A stretch of DNA of 62,783 bases, filler included, from Chiloscyllium plagiosum (Eukaryota), in NCBI RefSeq assembly GCF_004010195.1. It is 3 parts of one record of this genome, joined end to end, with 100 filler letters (N's around TTAATTAATTAA, not from the genome) between each part and the next. Parts side by side here need not be neighbours in the genome. Positions count along the whole stretch, not along the records: positions 24,019 to 54,874 come from NC_057717.1; positions 54,975 to 62,783 come from NC_057717.1; 1 more part is not named here. The stretch is one strand, 5' to 3'. The number at the start of each line of letters is the position of its first letter. Position 1 is the stretch's first letter. The position numbers and the translations under genes are program-made. This document shows, piece after piece, positions 49,790-62,783 of this stretch. The notes beneath the pieces were generated by a model. The model made no database searches and had not been told where the DNA came from. It saw nothing but the letters and a program-made list of their open reading frames with translations.

Positions 49790-50445
49790 TGAATTCCAGG
49801 ATGACGTTTTCCCATCCTTTTCTCAGGGGGTTGTAGATGGGGTCTACCTCGATGTGCGTTTTGATAGATTTCCAGTTGGAATGCCATGCTTCTCGGAATT
49901 CGCGTGCCTGTCTCTGTTTCACTTGTGCTCGGAGGAATGCGTTGTCCAAGTCAAAGTGGTGCCTTTCCATATCTGTATGTAAGGATACCAGTGAGAGAGG
50001 GTCACGTCGTTTTGTGGCTAGTTGATGTTCATATATCCTCGTGTCTCGTGTTCTGCCTATTTGTTCGCATGCAAAATCTGATGACTTTTACAAAATACCG
50101 TGCAAGAACTGTAACAAACACTACATTAGACAAACACGACAGTGGACTGAGACAACATATCCATCCTAGGACAAGCCAAACAGATACATCCAGAAGAATT
50201 CCTCAAAGCATGGCATTCCGACAAGAACTCTACCAACAAACACTTCGAGCTCGACGCCATCGACGACCACCCTGAGGAAAAAGAACAGGACTGACATCAT
50301 CAACACAAAGAAATCCAAACATATAAATCGAAAGCAGGAATCATGAACAGTGCTTCGCCTGGAGACCCACTGAAATGGTTACCGAGTTGGGTGATGAAAC
50401 ATCTGGAAATGAACTTTCCAATTCAGTGAGCAAACCGATATCTAG
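49790..50445. mobile_element. Penelope-like fragments in inverted arrangement nested in CR1
   Basis: HHFDLDNAFLRAQVKQRQAREFREAWHSN on -; YRARTVTNTTLD region on +; decayed hammerhead ctgaaatgg...gtgatgaaaca near 50370-50400. Confidence 0.8.
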
Positions 50446-50791
50446 TTTAATGACCTACTCAAAGAACTTAATAATGTTTGTGAGTCTCGACCTCCCATTC
50501 ACAAAACCGGCTTGACTTTCCCTCATAAACTTATTCCAATCGAGATGATTACAAATCTTATCTCTTCGAACTTTTCCAACACTACCCACAACCGACGGAA
50601 GGTTCAATGGTCTTTAATTTCCATGGTTTTCTCTGCTTCCCTTCTTGAATGAGAGAACAACTTTTACTATCCTGCAGTGTTCTGGCACTATACCTTTGGA
50701 CAATGACAACATAAAAATCAAAGTCGAAGGCTTGGAAATCAGATTCTTGGTTTCCCAGAGAATCCTAGGATAAATCCCAACCGGCCCACGG

Positions 50792-50794
<3 letters not shown>

Positions 50795-50834
<40 letters not shown>
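50795..50834. repeat. (TA)n microsatellite
   Basis: About 20 TA units. Confidence 0.95.
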
Positions 50835-50838
<4 letters not shown>

Positions 50839-53339
50839 CATTTTCAGTGTTTGTAACACCTCGTTCTTGGGAACTTCAATCCGATCTCCTCGAGGAGCCT
50901 GTTTCTCAGTATTGTCCTCTACAACATTTTGTTTTTCCAGAGCGAATCCTGACGAAAGATATTGCTTTTGGGCTTCGCCCATGACTTCTGACTCCACGTA
51001 CTAGTTACCACAACTGTCCTTCATTGACCATATTTTATTCCATTCATTGTTTAAATCCTTGCATACCTATGGAAAGCTTTAGGATTTTCCCTTATCCTAT
51101 CTGCTAACAAATTCTCAGCTCCCCTCCTGGCTCATCTTCAGTCTCTCCTCAGGTCTTTCCTGTTAACTTGTAACTCTCAATGGCCCGAACTGAGCCTTCA
51201 CGTCTCAATGCTAACACAAGCCTTCTTCATCTTAACAAGAGATTCAACTTCCTTAGTAATCATGACTCCTGCGCTTGACAATTTCCTCCCTCTCTGACAG
51301 GTACATAGTTATCAAAGACACACAGAACCTGCTCCTTCAGTCAGCTCCACATTTCTGTGCTGCCCATTCCCTGCCGTTTCCTTGCCCAACCTGTGCATGC
51401 GGAATCTTATCTAATCGCATTGCAATTTTCTTTCCCCCAGCAGTAGCGCTTGCCCTCTAGTGTATCACTATCCCATTGACAAGCTCAAGTAAACATAACT
51501 GAATTTTGGTAACTATTACCAAAGTGCTCACCTACCGCCAAATCTAACACCTTGCCGTGTTCATTACACAGTATCAAATCTAATTTGGCTCTCCCTTTGT
51601 TGGCCTGTTACATTGCACAGTATTTAAGGAATCTATCGCAGATACTCAATACTCTCCTCTTCAAGGCTACCCTCACTGAGCTGCTTCGACCGATTGACAT
51701 GTTGTTTAAAATCCTGCTTGATAATTGCCACACCAATTTTTCAGGTGTTATTTATGCCTTTGTTTACTGCCCTCCCCAATGTGATCTTAAAATATGGAGG
51801 CGGATAGACTCCGACAATCAGTGACATTTTCTTCTTAGAACTTCTAATTTCCTCTCAAATGGATTCAAACCTATTCTCCATAGAACGTATATCATCTGTC
51901 AGCATCGGTCTGAGGTTGTCCTTGAATGTTTGAGTTACACTACCTTCCTTACCATCCTTTCTGTCCTTCGAAATTGTCTCATGCCCGTGAATAATTACCT
52001 CCCGTCTTGACTATGCTGTCTCCATGCCTCTGCAATGTCTACTAAATCGTATTAGTTCGTGATTATTTATGCCGTTATATCTCCAACCTTCTTCCGAAAT
52101 GTACGAGCATTCAGGTATAGTGCCTTTGTGGTCGCTTTCTTACCCATTGATTAACAACATCTCTAATAATAACTTCTACGCTATCCTTTCTTCTTGCTTC
52201 TTGCTTCTCCTCACTTGTCCATTTCTGAACTCCTTGCTTAGTACACAAGTGCTCAAATACACCTTCCAGATGAAGCAACACTTTCCCTACACTTTGCATA
52301 ATCCAGTCTAATAGATTCACTGCTCTTATTGTGGTCGCCACTACCTTGGGAAATGAAGTGTGGACTGAATGACCATTTTGCAGAATACCAAGTTCTATCG
52401 CCAAAAATGTCCCTGAGCTTCAAGTTGATTGCTCCTTTCGCACAGAACCATGTTTCCTAGCCAACGTCTCTATCTCAGGCTTACTGCAGTGTTCCACCAT
52501 AGCTCAGCGCATGCTGTAAAAGCAACAGACGATTTTCTGCTTGAGGACCCCGCTACCCTCCATATCAATTTCAGCCATTTCAGAGGCCTGAAGTCTCCCA
52601 TGTCCTGGCCCCCGACACACCCCCAGGCATGGTTATAGCAAAGCAGCCATTTTCCACTACCTATGGTTAGTCATAAACAGTCTCCGTGAACAGTTGTTAA
52701 TGCTCCAAACAAATCATTATCAATTCCTATGCCCAACTGTTAGTTTTTCTCTTTCGGCTTTATCCCGACATCTTGTTTCCTCCTAATTACTGCGCCCCCA
52801 CATATCTTCTGCATGTATAAGAAAATTTACTGGAAACCATCAGTGCTAAGGACGGCGTCACTGGATCGAAAATGTTAACTCTGATTTCTCTTTCCAACAT
52901 CTTTTGGTCTTGCCCCTGAGGAAGCTTGATACTGTGCTTGTGTAATGACCCCCTGCACATAAGACAGAACTGTGTTAATCCTGAAAAGTTCTCTTGTTGA
53001 TGAATCCCATTATAATGCGAGCCATTGGCATCGACTTCGTAGGTCAATAAATATAGAAATCATGTGTTTGGATTTGTGCCGCAGTTCTGTTCTGGATATG
53101 ATAAACAACAGAGAGCAAAATCTCCGTCATGTCAGATGGGAACAGATAGGAATCACCGCAAGCGGTGGAATTTATTGAATGTTTTTCAGTTAGAGAAAAT
53201 TCATACAATTTCTCACTGTAATAGCCTGTGGCTATCAAAGCAAAGTGTTTTATAACCACAAAGACTTAATACAGCGTTTTTGAGATAAAATATCTGAATG
53301 ATCTCCCTCCAGTGTGACAGTACAGTTGTGTCAGCAAAT

Positions 53340-54850
53340 GGAAGTGAATCACTGTACTTGTTCAGCGAGCGAACATTCCTCTTGTGGGAAGAGAAAGGGA
53401 CAGAATGCAGGAAGAAGGATGGAAATGTTCTGAAGAAGTTTAACAGAGGGACTGAGGAAGTGTTCATGGTTCTGACCGGCTTGAAGTGGGCATATTCCCA
53501 ATTCAGGACGGACTTGTATCTTATGTTCCTCTCTGTGACAAGGTAGGAAAATACAGGTGTCCTGAGCAATGTTTTACTTTCCTCTTTGGGTTTGTAGTGG
53601 ACTGGATTAATGCAGTTCCACTTTTCAGCAAGGTTGGGAGAGATAAACCAGAGAATCACACAGCAGTGAGTCTCACATCAGTTAAAGGGAACCTTTTGGA
53701 GCAAACCATGAAGGAGAGAGTTAACTGCCACTTGTCCAAGCAAGGTTTCATCAGGAAGAGTCATCACTGTTTTGTTACAGAATGTCATGCCTAACAGATT
53801 GGATGAAGTATATTTTATAGGCAAGTGATCGGGTTTTTTAACGAGGGCAGTAAAGTTGATGTTGTTTGTGTGCTTTTCGAGAAAGCCTTTAACACGACAC
53901 CACACTGGAGACTGGTAAGAGGATAAAAGTTAAAAGGGATTTAAGGTCCCCTGGCAAGTTGGATCCAAACTTAATTTGGTGGTGGTAGGAGACACAGGAT
54001 GGTGATGAAGGCTGTTTGTGTGATTGGAACTGGTATCCAATGGTATAACACAAGGATGAATGCTGGGTCCCTTGTCGTTTGTGAATGTATGTAAAGAATA
54101 TAGAACAAGTTAGGGGGAAATGAGAAGCAGAGTTGTCGATGATACGAATATTAGCAAAGTGGTTAATAGTGAGGAAGAAGGTCTTAGGATGGAGGAGTTC
54201 AGAGATGGATTTGTCAAATGTCAAATTCAGATAGGGGATGTTGAAACTAACCATGAAAAACATGAGGTGATGCACATTGGAAGAAACACATCAACGGATG
54301 ACTCAATTAATGGCAGTACACGCGGAAACCCAGAGGAACAGAGAGACTTTGCATGTTGGTCCACATGTCTGTCAAGGCAGCAGAACATCTTGACAATCAC
54401 AATTGTATCAGTCAAGGCAAAATTTATAACAGCAGATAAAGTGGTGTCACAAGTTGACAAGATGGTGAAGAAAGTACTTGGCACGCTTTTTGTCATTCGT
54501 CAGAAAGTCGATTATCCAAGTTGGAATGTCATGTTGTGGCGATATAGAGCATTGGTGAGATCACATTTAGAATACTGCTTGCAATTATGGTCAACTTCTC
54601 CAGGAAGGATTTTGTGAAAATTGAACCTGTGCACAAATGATTTACAAGGATGTTGCGGGGACCTGAGGGCTGGATTTAAGCGTGGAGCTGGGGTAGGCAG
54701 GAGCTTTTTAGCTGGAATGTTCCAGGCAGTGCATAACGTTCTCACTGTTAGAAAATCTTGACGGGTATTGATAGGCAACTGGCCTAAGTCGTTTGCGCAG
54801 AATGGTGAAGTTCAAAACTAGAGGGCACAGGTTTATGGTGACAGGCACTG
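53340..54850 (+). mobile_element. Decayed CR1 ORF2 and 3' part
   Basis: DWINAVPLFSKVGRDKPENHTAVSLTSV and YRALVRSHLEYCLQLWS. Confidence 0.85.
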
Positions 54851-54874
54851 AGACACACTAAATAAGGTATAGAG

Positions 54875-54974
54875 NNNNNNNNNNNNNNNNNNNNNNNNNN
54901 NNNNNNNNNNNNNNNNNNTTAATTAATTAANNNNNNNNNNNNNNNNNNNNNNNNNNNNNNNNNNNNNNNNNNNN
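54875..54974. other. Artificial scaffold linker N44-TTAATTAATTAA-N44
   Basis: Identical structure to 23919-24018. Confidence 0.95.
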
Positions 54975-55894
54975 CAGAAACAGAGTTATTTATTCAGTTC
55001 GATGACCCCCCGTCAGAGCTGCTAAAAATGCTGAGATGGGATATGGCTGAAACAAACCTTGGGACTGTCAAAATGGCCGGAGAGGAAATAATAAAAGAGA
55101 AGCTCAGGATAAAGGTGGACGTCAAGACAAAGTCAATTAACAGGGAGTGTGCGGAAAGGCAGAGGGAGATGGACATGACTAAGAAGCATCACTGGCCCTG
55201 CAATGTTAAATCTGCTTTCCATTTTCAAGATCCTGCCGGACCTGCTGATATTTTCAGGCAAATTCTATCTTTGTTACTGAAACAGAACATGGTAGAGTTA
55301 TCCTCGGCCAATCAGCTCTAACTGCTCTTGAAATGATTGACTGCCTCATTCCCACAGATCAGTTTCGTCCAGCACTGAAAACTCACAACCCTGCCCAACC
55401 CCACCACATGCCAGTTGCCGAGAACAAGATGTTTGTTGCGTCAACCCGCATGCACACACAAGAGGATCATTATCCATGTGAATTGTAAGACATTCAGGGA
55501 GATTTCCATAAGGTTTCCATCAGAACCTTCTGAATCAGTTAATTTCGGTTCAGCAACATTTGGAATGGAACCGTCACTTACAGTCTCCCTCAGCAAGTGG
55601 CCATTTTAATGCACGATTGGAGTGGAACCTGCACCTTTGAAAGGAATATCATGCATCGTACATTCGCCTACACTGCTCGACTTGTCTCAGCTACTTGCAG
55701 TGAAGTGAAGAGACTTTTCCCTCGGAAACAGATGCAACAATGAAAGAGTGAGGCTGCCCACAGTGGAAGTGGAATGGAGAGCTGGGACCCAGTAAGAAAA
55801 TGAAAGCACCCATGTCCACGACCCAGAGATCAACAGTCGCAAATACTCAAATCAAAACCGTCAGAACACCCGTAGCACTTTCGTATACAAATGC

Positions 55895-55984
55895 TGACAA
55901 CAGTGGAGTTGTGATATCGGCAGCAACAACTCAATAGAGACTGGCGCTTAAATTCAGCACCACAGTCCGCTTTGCCACGCCACC
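55895..55984 (-). pseudogene. tRNA-Leu (TAG/AAG family) pseudogene
   Basis: Reverse complement GGTGGCGTGGCAAAGCGGACTGTGGTGCTGAATTTAAGCGCCAGTCTCT...CCACTGTTGTCA versus GGTAGCGTGGCCGAGCGGTCTAAGGCGCTGGATTTAGGCTCCAGTCTCT...CCACCGCTGCCA; T arm disrupted. Confidence 0.7.
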
Positions 55985-56099
55985 CCACGAAAGAAGCACG
56001 CCAAATTTGTCATGAATAGTATTTCAGCATCTCTTAACTTACGGCACTTCCTGCTCCCCAACAGCCTCCTCTGCGCAGTAATGCATATTGTTTGGAAAT

Positions 56100-56320
56100 G
56101 AGTTAGCTCAACTTTGTGGACGGTTGACTTGTGATTCAGAATACCACGAACACCACACATTCTGTCCCCGTGTCAGCTAAAGTCGCCCTAAAGTTCTCAC
56201 CTTCTTAACCTGGTCCCTTGCTTGAGGCTCAGTGACCTTTAGGGTAAAGCACCATCAGTCATTTCTGTCTCTGAAAAGTGAGGTAGTGGTCCTATAGTCT
56301 CTGGGGAAACGCCAACTTTA
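56100..56320 (+). mobile_element. SINE-like repeat, same family as 45235-45450
   Basis: Head gagttagctcaac and shared 3' body. Confidence 0.5.
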
Positions 56321-56499
56321 ATTCCATAATTTTATTTGTGTAATGAGAAGGGAATAATTGGCAATCTCGCTGTGTGAGCTCCCTTGTGGGAGCTTGAAGA
56401 ATGCAATGATAGTAATATTCATTAAGATGGAGATGGACAGAGTTGATTCTGAGTCGAGGCGATAAAATCTGAATACAGGAAATCACGGTGGTACAAGGA

Positions 56500-58030
56500 G
56501 GAGAAGGTTACAATAAATTGGGGAACATAGCTTAACTGCATGACAAACATCTATGTTCCATTGGAGGAATTGCAGCAGTTCGTCTTTCCTATCTGTAACA
56601 AAATGTAACGGGAAAGGCGACTCTACCATGTCGAAGAAGGGAGATTAGGGATAGTACTTTATCCAAGGCAGAGGCGTAGAAAGTGTCTAAAAAGAACAAA
56701 ATATCTAAAAACTGAGTGAAGTTCAGATTTCAGCACGATTAAGAGAGTGATTAAGAAGGAAAATAACGTATATAAGGAAGCCAGTGAAATACAAGCTAAT
56801 TGTAGATTCTCCTGACATTAGATGACGACAAAAAAATAAAAGATTAATGGAAACAAATCCCTTACAATCAGAAACAGGGGAAGTTATAATGTGGGTTCAA
56901 GTCATGGCAGATCAATTAACTATATACTGTATTTTGCTTCTGTCATCACAAAGGAGGTCAAATATTATCCCTAAATTGCTGTGGAGCACGTTAGAGGGAG
57001 AACTGAAAAAAAAACATCAGTATTTTGTTGGGGAATGGTGTTGGGGAAGTTTATAGGATTAAAAGCAAAGATATCACAGGAACGCTACTCTCCACCGAAG
57101 CATACTTAACAAAGTGGCCCAAGAGTTAGTGGATCTAATATGAAATAAGGAGCTTGAACCTAAATAGAGTAATCTGAAGTTTCAAGATTCTGTAGAATCT
57201 TCAATTTCCAATGGATTGGAGGATAGATGATGTGACTACACATTTTTTTTTTTAAAAAGGTAAGTATGAAACATGGAATGAAAGTGCAGTTAGCCTAAAA
57301 CTGGAAACCAATCAACGGATTGGACAGTCAGTCAGCATGGATTTACGAAAGGGAAATGAGAAACTACTCATGGTGCCTGTGTACGCAAATTACTGAAAGT
57401 ATGCATGCAGGTGCAGCAGGAGGTCAAGGAGGCAAATGGCATGTTGACCTTTGTAGCAAGAGGATTTGAGTGCAAGAACAGGGATGTCTTGTTGAAATTG
57501 TACAGTGCCTTGTTGAGACCATACGTGGAGTGTTATTTTCACGTTTGGCTTTTGGAGACTGAACAACAAATATTTCACAAAGCGATTCTTCAGATGGCAG
57601 GACTGAACTTTGGGAACAATTCGAATTGGTTCGAATGAAATCAACAGATGTTTAGAAGAAAGAAGTAGGACATCACAGCAACTAATATAATTCTAACATG
57701 ATTAGTATGTTAAATATAGAAGTATTCCCTCATGACCACGGAGTCCAGACCCAGAGTTGTGGGGTTCACAGTTTTAAGATATCGGGCAGGCCATTTAGTT
57801 CCCTCAGGCGGGTGATACTGTGGAATGTTCTGCCATAGGATGGTGTATAAGTCAAACCACGGAATGTTTCTATGAAGAAAATATATTTCTGTTTTCTAAA
57901 GGGATCAAACACTACGGGTCTAGAGTAATAACAGGCTACTGAATGCAATGACCAGTCTTGATTCCAGTGAACATTGCAGCAGGATCAACACAACAACAAT
58001 CTCCTCCTGTTTCAATTTTCTATGTTTATA
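56500..58030 (+). mobile_element. Decayed CR1 pieces
   Basis: PLQSETGEVIM and QVQQEVKEANGMLTFVARGFECKNRDVLLKLYSALLRP. Confidence 0.8.
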
Positions 58031-58699
58031 TCCCCTTAAAGGTGATAGGCAAAAATAGTTGACACATATATCAGCACAGATATCAGATATCATTGGATGA
58101 AAATCCTATAACTCCTTAATGAATGGCAATCTGTGATAAGCTTCACCACACGGACTGCCTCAGTTCATGATGGGACACGAAAATGCAGAATCATTTTCAA
58201 AGCTTTTGGACTGACTGCTCTGTCTCTTGTTTTCGATTCAGTTCTCAAACTGTTGAATATTCTTAGAAATAAACGTAGTAAGTCGGAAATAAGTAAACAT
58301 CTTTGGAAATGTTGTAAGGCAAAGGTGGTTGGGATAGGATGGAGCAAGTGTGTGAAGAGGAGCAATGAGAAAAACAATGAGCTGAGGTTTGCAGTGTGTT
58401 GGTGTGTGAAGAACAAAATCAATTTCCAAACCCAACACCCCATCTTTCTCAGCCCTATTCCTGCTCCATTCTCTCAGCTTCTTTCACACTGACAGCCAAC
58501 TCAGATGTACATAAATTCGCGGAGATACTTTCCTAACAATCCCAGTCATTGACTTTCACTATGGCGAACAGAGATTGCAGAAACCAGGCTTAAATACAGC
58601 ATGGCACAGAAAGAAGCAATTCAGCCAATTTTATCATTGCCAATTTTCTGCACAGGAGTGCAGACTCTTCAAATAATCTGTTTCATTGCAGGCAGGCTC

Positions 58700-59684
58700 A
58701 GATAGAGCTATGCAGTTATGTAACATTGAAAGAGACCCTTCCACCCAACTAGTCTATGCACCCAGAATCGAAAATTGAACTAGTCCCATCTGTCTTTGCT
58801 TTGTCCTTATCACTCCGAAAAATCTTATTCATGTACCTTAATAAAGGCCATATGAAAGCTTTTTTCTATTGCTCAACCAATTTTCAAATGCTGTGACCGT
58901 ACTCGCATCCACCACACCCTCAGGAAGTTAATTCCACACACGAAACACTCTCTTTATAAAGTAGTCTTTTTTTAAAATTCTCTTATGTCTTTTTAAATCT
59001 TCCTCCTTGCACCTTAAAAATTGTTCAGTAATTTTGAAATCGCTCATCCAAGGTAAAAATGAACCTGCCATTCACGTTATGTATACAATTTAAAACTTTC
59101 TCACCTGCTATAAGGACACCGCTTCATCTCCTACATTCCGCTGAAAACGAGCCACAGACTTTCCAGCTTCTCCATCAAATACAAAACCTCGATTCCTAAC
59201 AAATGCCTGACATATCTTTACTGCATCTTCCCCAGCTTAACAGTATTCTTCCTAAATCACGACTGCGCACACGACTCCTGGCAATGTCTCACCAACGTCA
59301 TGTGCTCCCAAAAGATGACGTCCCAACTCCTATACTTAACGAAATAAGCATCATAAACATCTCCTTTACCACCCGATCGACATGTCATGCAAACTTCAAA
59401 TAATTATGCGCTGGAACTCCTTGGTCTTCTATTCTACAACATCACACAAACGCACACTATAAATTGTCGAAGTATTGATCCTCTCATTTATCCTAATTAA
59501 ACACAGCCTGCTAATCCTTCGTCGAGTCACATATTGATCTTTGTAATCTTAGATAACTTTCTTCACAATCGACTCTGCCACCAATTTTGCTAGCACCTAC
59601 AAATTTACTTCCCATGTTTTGCATATTTTCATTTAAATAGCTGATATGAATATGAGAAACAGAAGTAGACCCAGCACCGATCCC
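58700..59684 (-). mobile_element. Decayed CR1 RT and 3' part
   Basis: SKFVGASKIGGRVDCEESYLRLQR; 3' UTR-like segment near 58710-58950. Confidence 0.75.
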
Positions 59685-60199
59685 NNNNNNNNNNNNNNNN
59701 NNNNNNNNNNNNNNNNNNNNNNNNNNNNNNNNNNNNNNNNNNNNNNNNNNNNNNNNNNNNNNNNNNNNNNNNNNNNNNNNNNNNNNNNNNNNNNNNNNNN
59801 NNNNNNNNNNNNNNNNNNNNNNNNNNNNNNNNNNNNNNNNNNNNNNNNNNNNNNNNNNNNNNNNNNNNNNNNNNNNNNNNNNNNNNNNNNNNNNNNNNNN
59901 NNNNNNNNNNNNNNNNNNNNNNNNNNNNNNNNNNNNNNNNNNNNNNNNNNNNNNNNNNNNNNNNNNNNNNNNNNNNNNNNNNNNNNNNNNNNNNNNNNNN
60001 NNNNNNNNNNNNNNNNNNNNNNNNNNNNNNNNNNNNNNNNNNNNNNNNNNNNNNNNNNNNNNNNNNNNNNNNNNNNNNNNNNNNNNNNNNNNNNNNNNNN
60101 NNNNNNNNNNNNNNNNNNNNNNNNNNNNNNNNNNNNNNNNNNNNNNNNNNNNNNNNNNNNNNNNNNNNNNNNNNNNNNNNNNNNTGTATGCTGTGCTTG

Positions 60200-60580
60200 T
60201 AACCGAGGAGCACCGCCACAGTGGATACATGCACTGTCTGCCAGTTACCTCTTCGTTTACCGACTGAAACCCATTGATCATTTTCTTGTACCTGAGGTGT
60301 TACAACCTGCCTATAACTCCTCTCAATTATCTCCTCAGTCTCCCGAATGATCCAACGTCCAGTTCCAGTTTCCTTCGACACTTGCCAATAAACTAGAGTT
60401 GGGTGCACTTCCCACAGATGCAGATATCTGGGACATTTTTGGTGACTCTTACCTCCCACATTCTACAGGAAAAACATTCATTTGACCGACCATCAATTCC
60501 CAACGTTCTGTATACTTACACGCACCCGCACACACACACACACACACACATTTACACAAACACACATATATATATATATG

Positions 60581-60614
<34 letters not shown>

Positions 60615-62770
60615 AATAAAAATGCATCTGTACGTGTGTGCATATATATTTAAAAGTTGCAAAAGAACGTTAAATAAAAAAGAATTTACTTTAAAGATCT
60701 AACTTCTGATTTTGTGGAGTGCTCTGTCCTTGGGAAATGCCTCCGTTACTTACGACCACGCAGAAATACACCCAGGAGAATATCCAAGTCTCAATAGAGT
60801 TATAGAGGTGATGTTTGAGATGGATTCGCTTTCTCATAACGCTGATCCTACACTGTGTTAAACTGTGAAAAGGACTCTTATCTCGTTTCATGTTATTGCA
60901 ATTGCTGCAAACTCATGCAGGTTATTAAAACAATACAAAAAGAACGATATTTATCTCTTCGGACATTTTCAATGTTGTTGGAAAAACTCGAATCGAAATG
61001 ATAAAGGTTTTTTTATTAAATAACTACTGTGAAGCTTCGTGAATTGAATCACGAATATGTTTCGAGACATGTCATTGGATATTTTGGGGGAGCTAAGTGA
61101 GCTGCAAATTCACTCAATCCCTTCTCTGTGATTGCAGCCAACTGTCCAATGCAACGAATGAAAAAAAAAAGGTGCGTTTCTCAACAGGTCCGTTCCAACT
61201 CACTATGGTATAATTTCCCTTTGATTCTTCCCATCGTCTAATAGATTAGGTGAGTGGGGATGTCAGGATCCTAATGGAAAACTGAGACGTTGCAAGAAAT
61301 AATTCCAGCATTTTTCGGGTCAGCTGCTTGTTATTCTCATGTTCATCGAAGTAGAAAACAGAAGTGGAATTGCAAGCTCAAACAGATTTGCCCTAGAAAG
61401 AATGGCTTTACAATTTTTCATCAGAAAGAATTCCGAGCAACAGTGAGAAAGCACGTTTGGATGTTTGGTGCAGTATATGCGAGAAACGCAGCAAAGACCC
61501 AGTGGGACTCGAGCTCATGGCCACTGGCAAACAAGACGAGAGCTCTAATCACTGAGCTGCAGAGCCACGAGCGAAAGTAGAGCTTTTATGCAGACATAAC
61601 AATGATGTCCTCTAGCAGAATAAGTTTTGTGGTGTAAAATACGACTTGAAACCTACTTTTTTGACATAACACTTTGTCAGCTTCCCAATATCTCGTTATG
61701 CGACTGCGATCAAAATTTGCTTAAACTCCCTTCAGAGGAAAAGCATTGAAGTTTCCAATATATGAAAGGCACAATGCAGTATTGATACAAATTAATGGCG
61801 TTGATTTGAACACATATCACAGTTTTTCTTCATCACTTGGTGAGTAACCCCTTTCCTAACGGCATTATGAGATCTCCTCAATGAAGGGATCTCATGCTTT
61901 ATGGCCTTGATGCATGAAATTTCGGGCGCCAGACATAAAACAGTTAAAATCGAGCGTGATCAAAAGGTTGGAATTCGAGGCAATGCAGATATCTGAGACA
62001 GCTTTATTTATAAAAATAATCTTGGATGTCGGATTCGCTGGCTGGGTTGGCATTTATTGACCATTTCTAATTGTTATTGTGTGGGCTTTCGGACATTACA
62101 ACGATAGATGTAGCAGAGACAGTGAAAAGATTTGAATAAAATGACGAAAAAATTTAAGAATTCGCTGAGCTGTGATGGGTGAACAATCACTGTCGTGAAT
62201 ACTCCCACGTGCATCATATTTGTTCGAAGACCTCAGGATTGCATCATTGGGTGAACAACACGCAACTCCTTCCCTTCCACCATGTGGGACCTCGTGTGGG
62301 AATGTAAAGCTGCGAAGGCAGCAGCACACGGTTGGGAAAAAAGGCGGTGCTAAAAACGTCATTCAAATAAGTCACAATAAAACACTGTACAGAGATCAAG
62401 TACACGCATGCATATAGGCAGACGATATTTGACCAGAGTAGAGAGGGAATATGAGAGGACGGATGGAATTGCATTTGGATAGTTTAGCCGAAAGGAATGA
62501 AAGAGAGGTTGAGCTGCTGAAGAGCAGAGACGTCGAAGAGACGTATGATGATAATGCCGTGCAAGTGTGCAGACTTGGTGAAGTATCTCACCATGGTTAT
62601 GACGTGACTGGTTCAGACTCAGACAACTGTCAAAGAGAAATTGAGCCAGTGGTGAGGCAATTTCTCCACCAACGTAGCCAATGCTGCCTTCCTGCGCATC
62701 CCATCCAATTCCAGCAACTCCGCACTCAAGACCCACCCCTCCAACTATGACGAAGGCAGAATTCCCCTGG
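60200..62770 (+). repeat. Diverged paralog of 1290-2370, 4110-5095 and 8050-8420
   Basis: Shared blocks include aaaatacgacttgaaacc, ataacactttgtcagcttcccaatatctc, gcaactccttcccttccaccatgt and tcaccatggttatgacgtg. Confidence 0.9.
61494..61566 (-). pseudogene. tRNA-Thr(TGT) pseudogene, copy B
   Basis: Reverse complement GGCTCTGCAGCTCAGTGATTAGAGCTCTCGTCTTGTTTGCCAGTGGCCATGAGCTCGAGTCCCACTGGGTCTT (73 nt); same position in the duplicated block as 4119-4191. Confidence 0.8.
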
Positions 62771-62783
62771 TCATCACCTTCCA

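Larger units (their letters stand above)
47975..52400 (-). mobile_element. Cluster of decayed minus-strand CR1 pieces
   Basis: KSRSCLQNLFEFYD and FINDLDGSVEGWVRKFTDDTKFG; 50445-51600 resembles 6250-7200. Confidence 0.8.

Noticed and set aside
55610..55692. Possible tRNA-Ser/Leu relic on -
   Set aside because: Only weak A/B-box resemblance; cannot be aligned end to end.
58280..58340. Ig/TCR J-segment-like atctttggaaatg
   Set aside because: No FGxG motif and no heptamer/nonamer recombination signal.

Overview
Eukaryotic, repeat-dense, draft-assembly DNA with no intact protein-coding gene. The repeat content (CR1-type LINEs, HE1-like tRNA/V-SINEs, Penelope-like elements, C2H2 zinc-finger relics) points to a cartilaginous fish, probably a shark (inference). 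Two identical 100-nt N44-TTAATTAATTAA-N44 linkers (23919-24018, 54875-54974) show that the window is three artificially joined scaffolds. Main content: many decayed CR1 LINEs, Penelope-like elements and short derivatives with hammerhead-ribozyme cores, and Rex1, Gypsy and Tx1-like fragments. There are two class I (gamma/epsilon-like) endogenous retrovirus relics: integrase+env on + (24019-26540), and LTR, tRNA-His PBS, gag and pro on - (41175-44402). Also present are three C2H2-ZNF pseudogene arrays, four tRNA pseudogenes (Glu, Thr x2, Leu), a 70-bp satellite with an internal fold-back inversion, a perfect 42-bp minisatellite, and an old paralogous block shared by the two ends of the window. 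I found no convincing new biological system. Most repeat boundaries were read by eye (about +/-20-50 nt).
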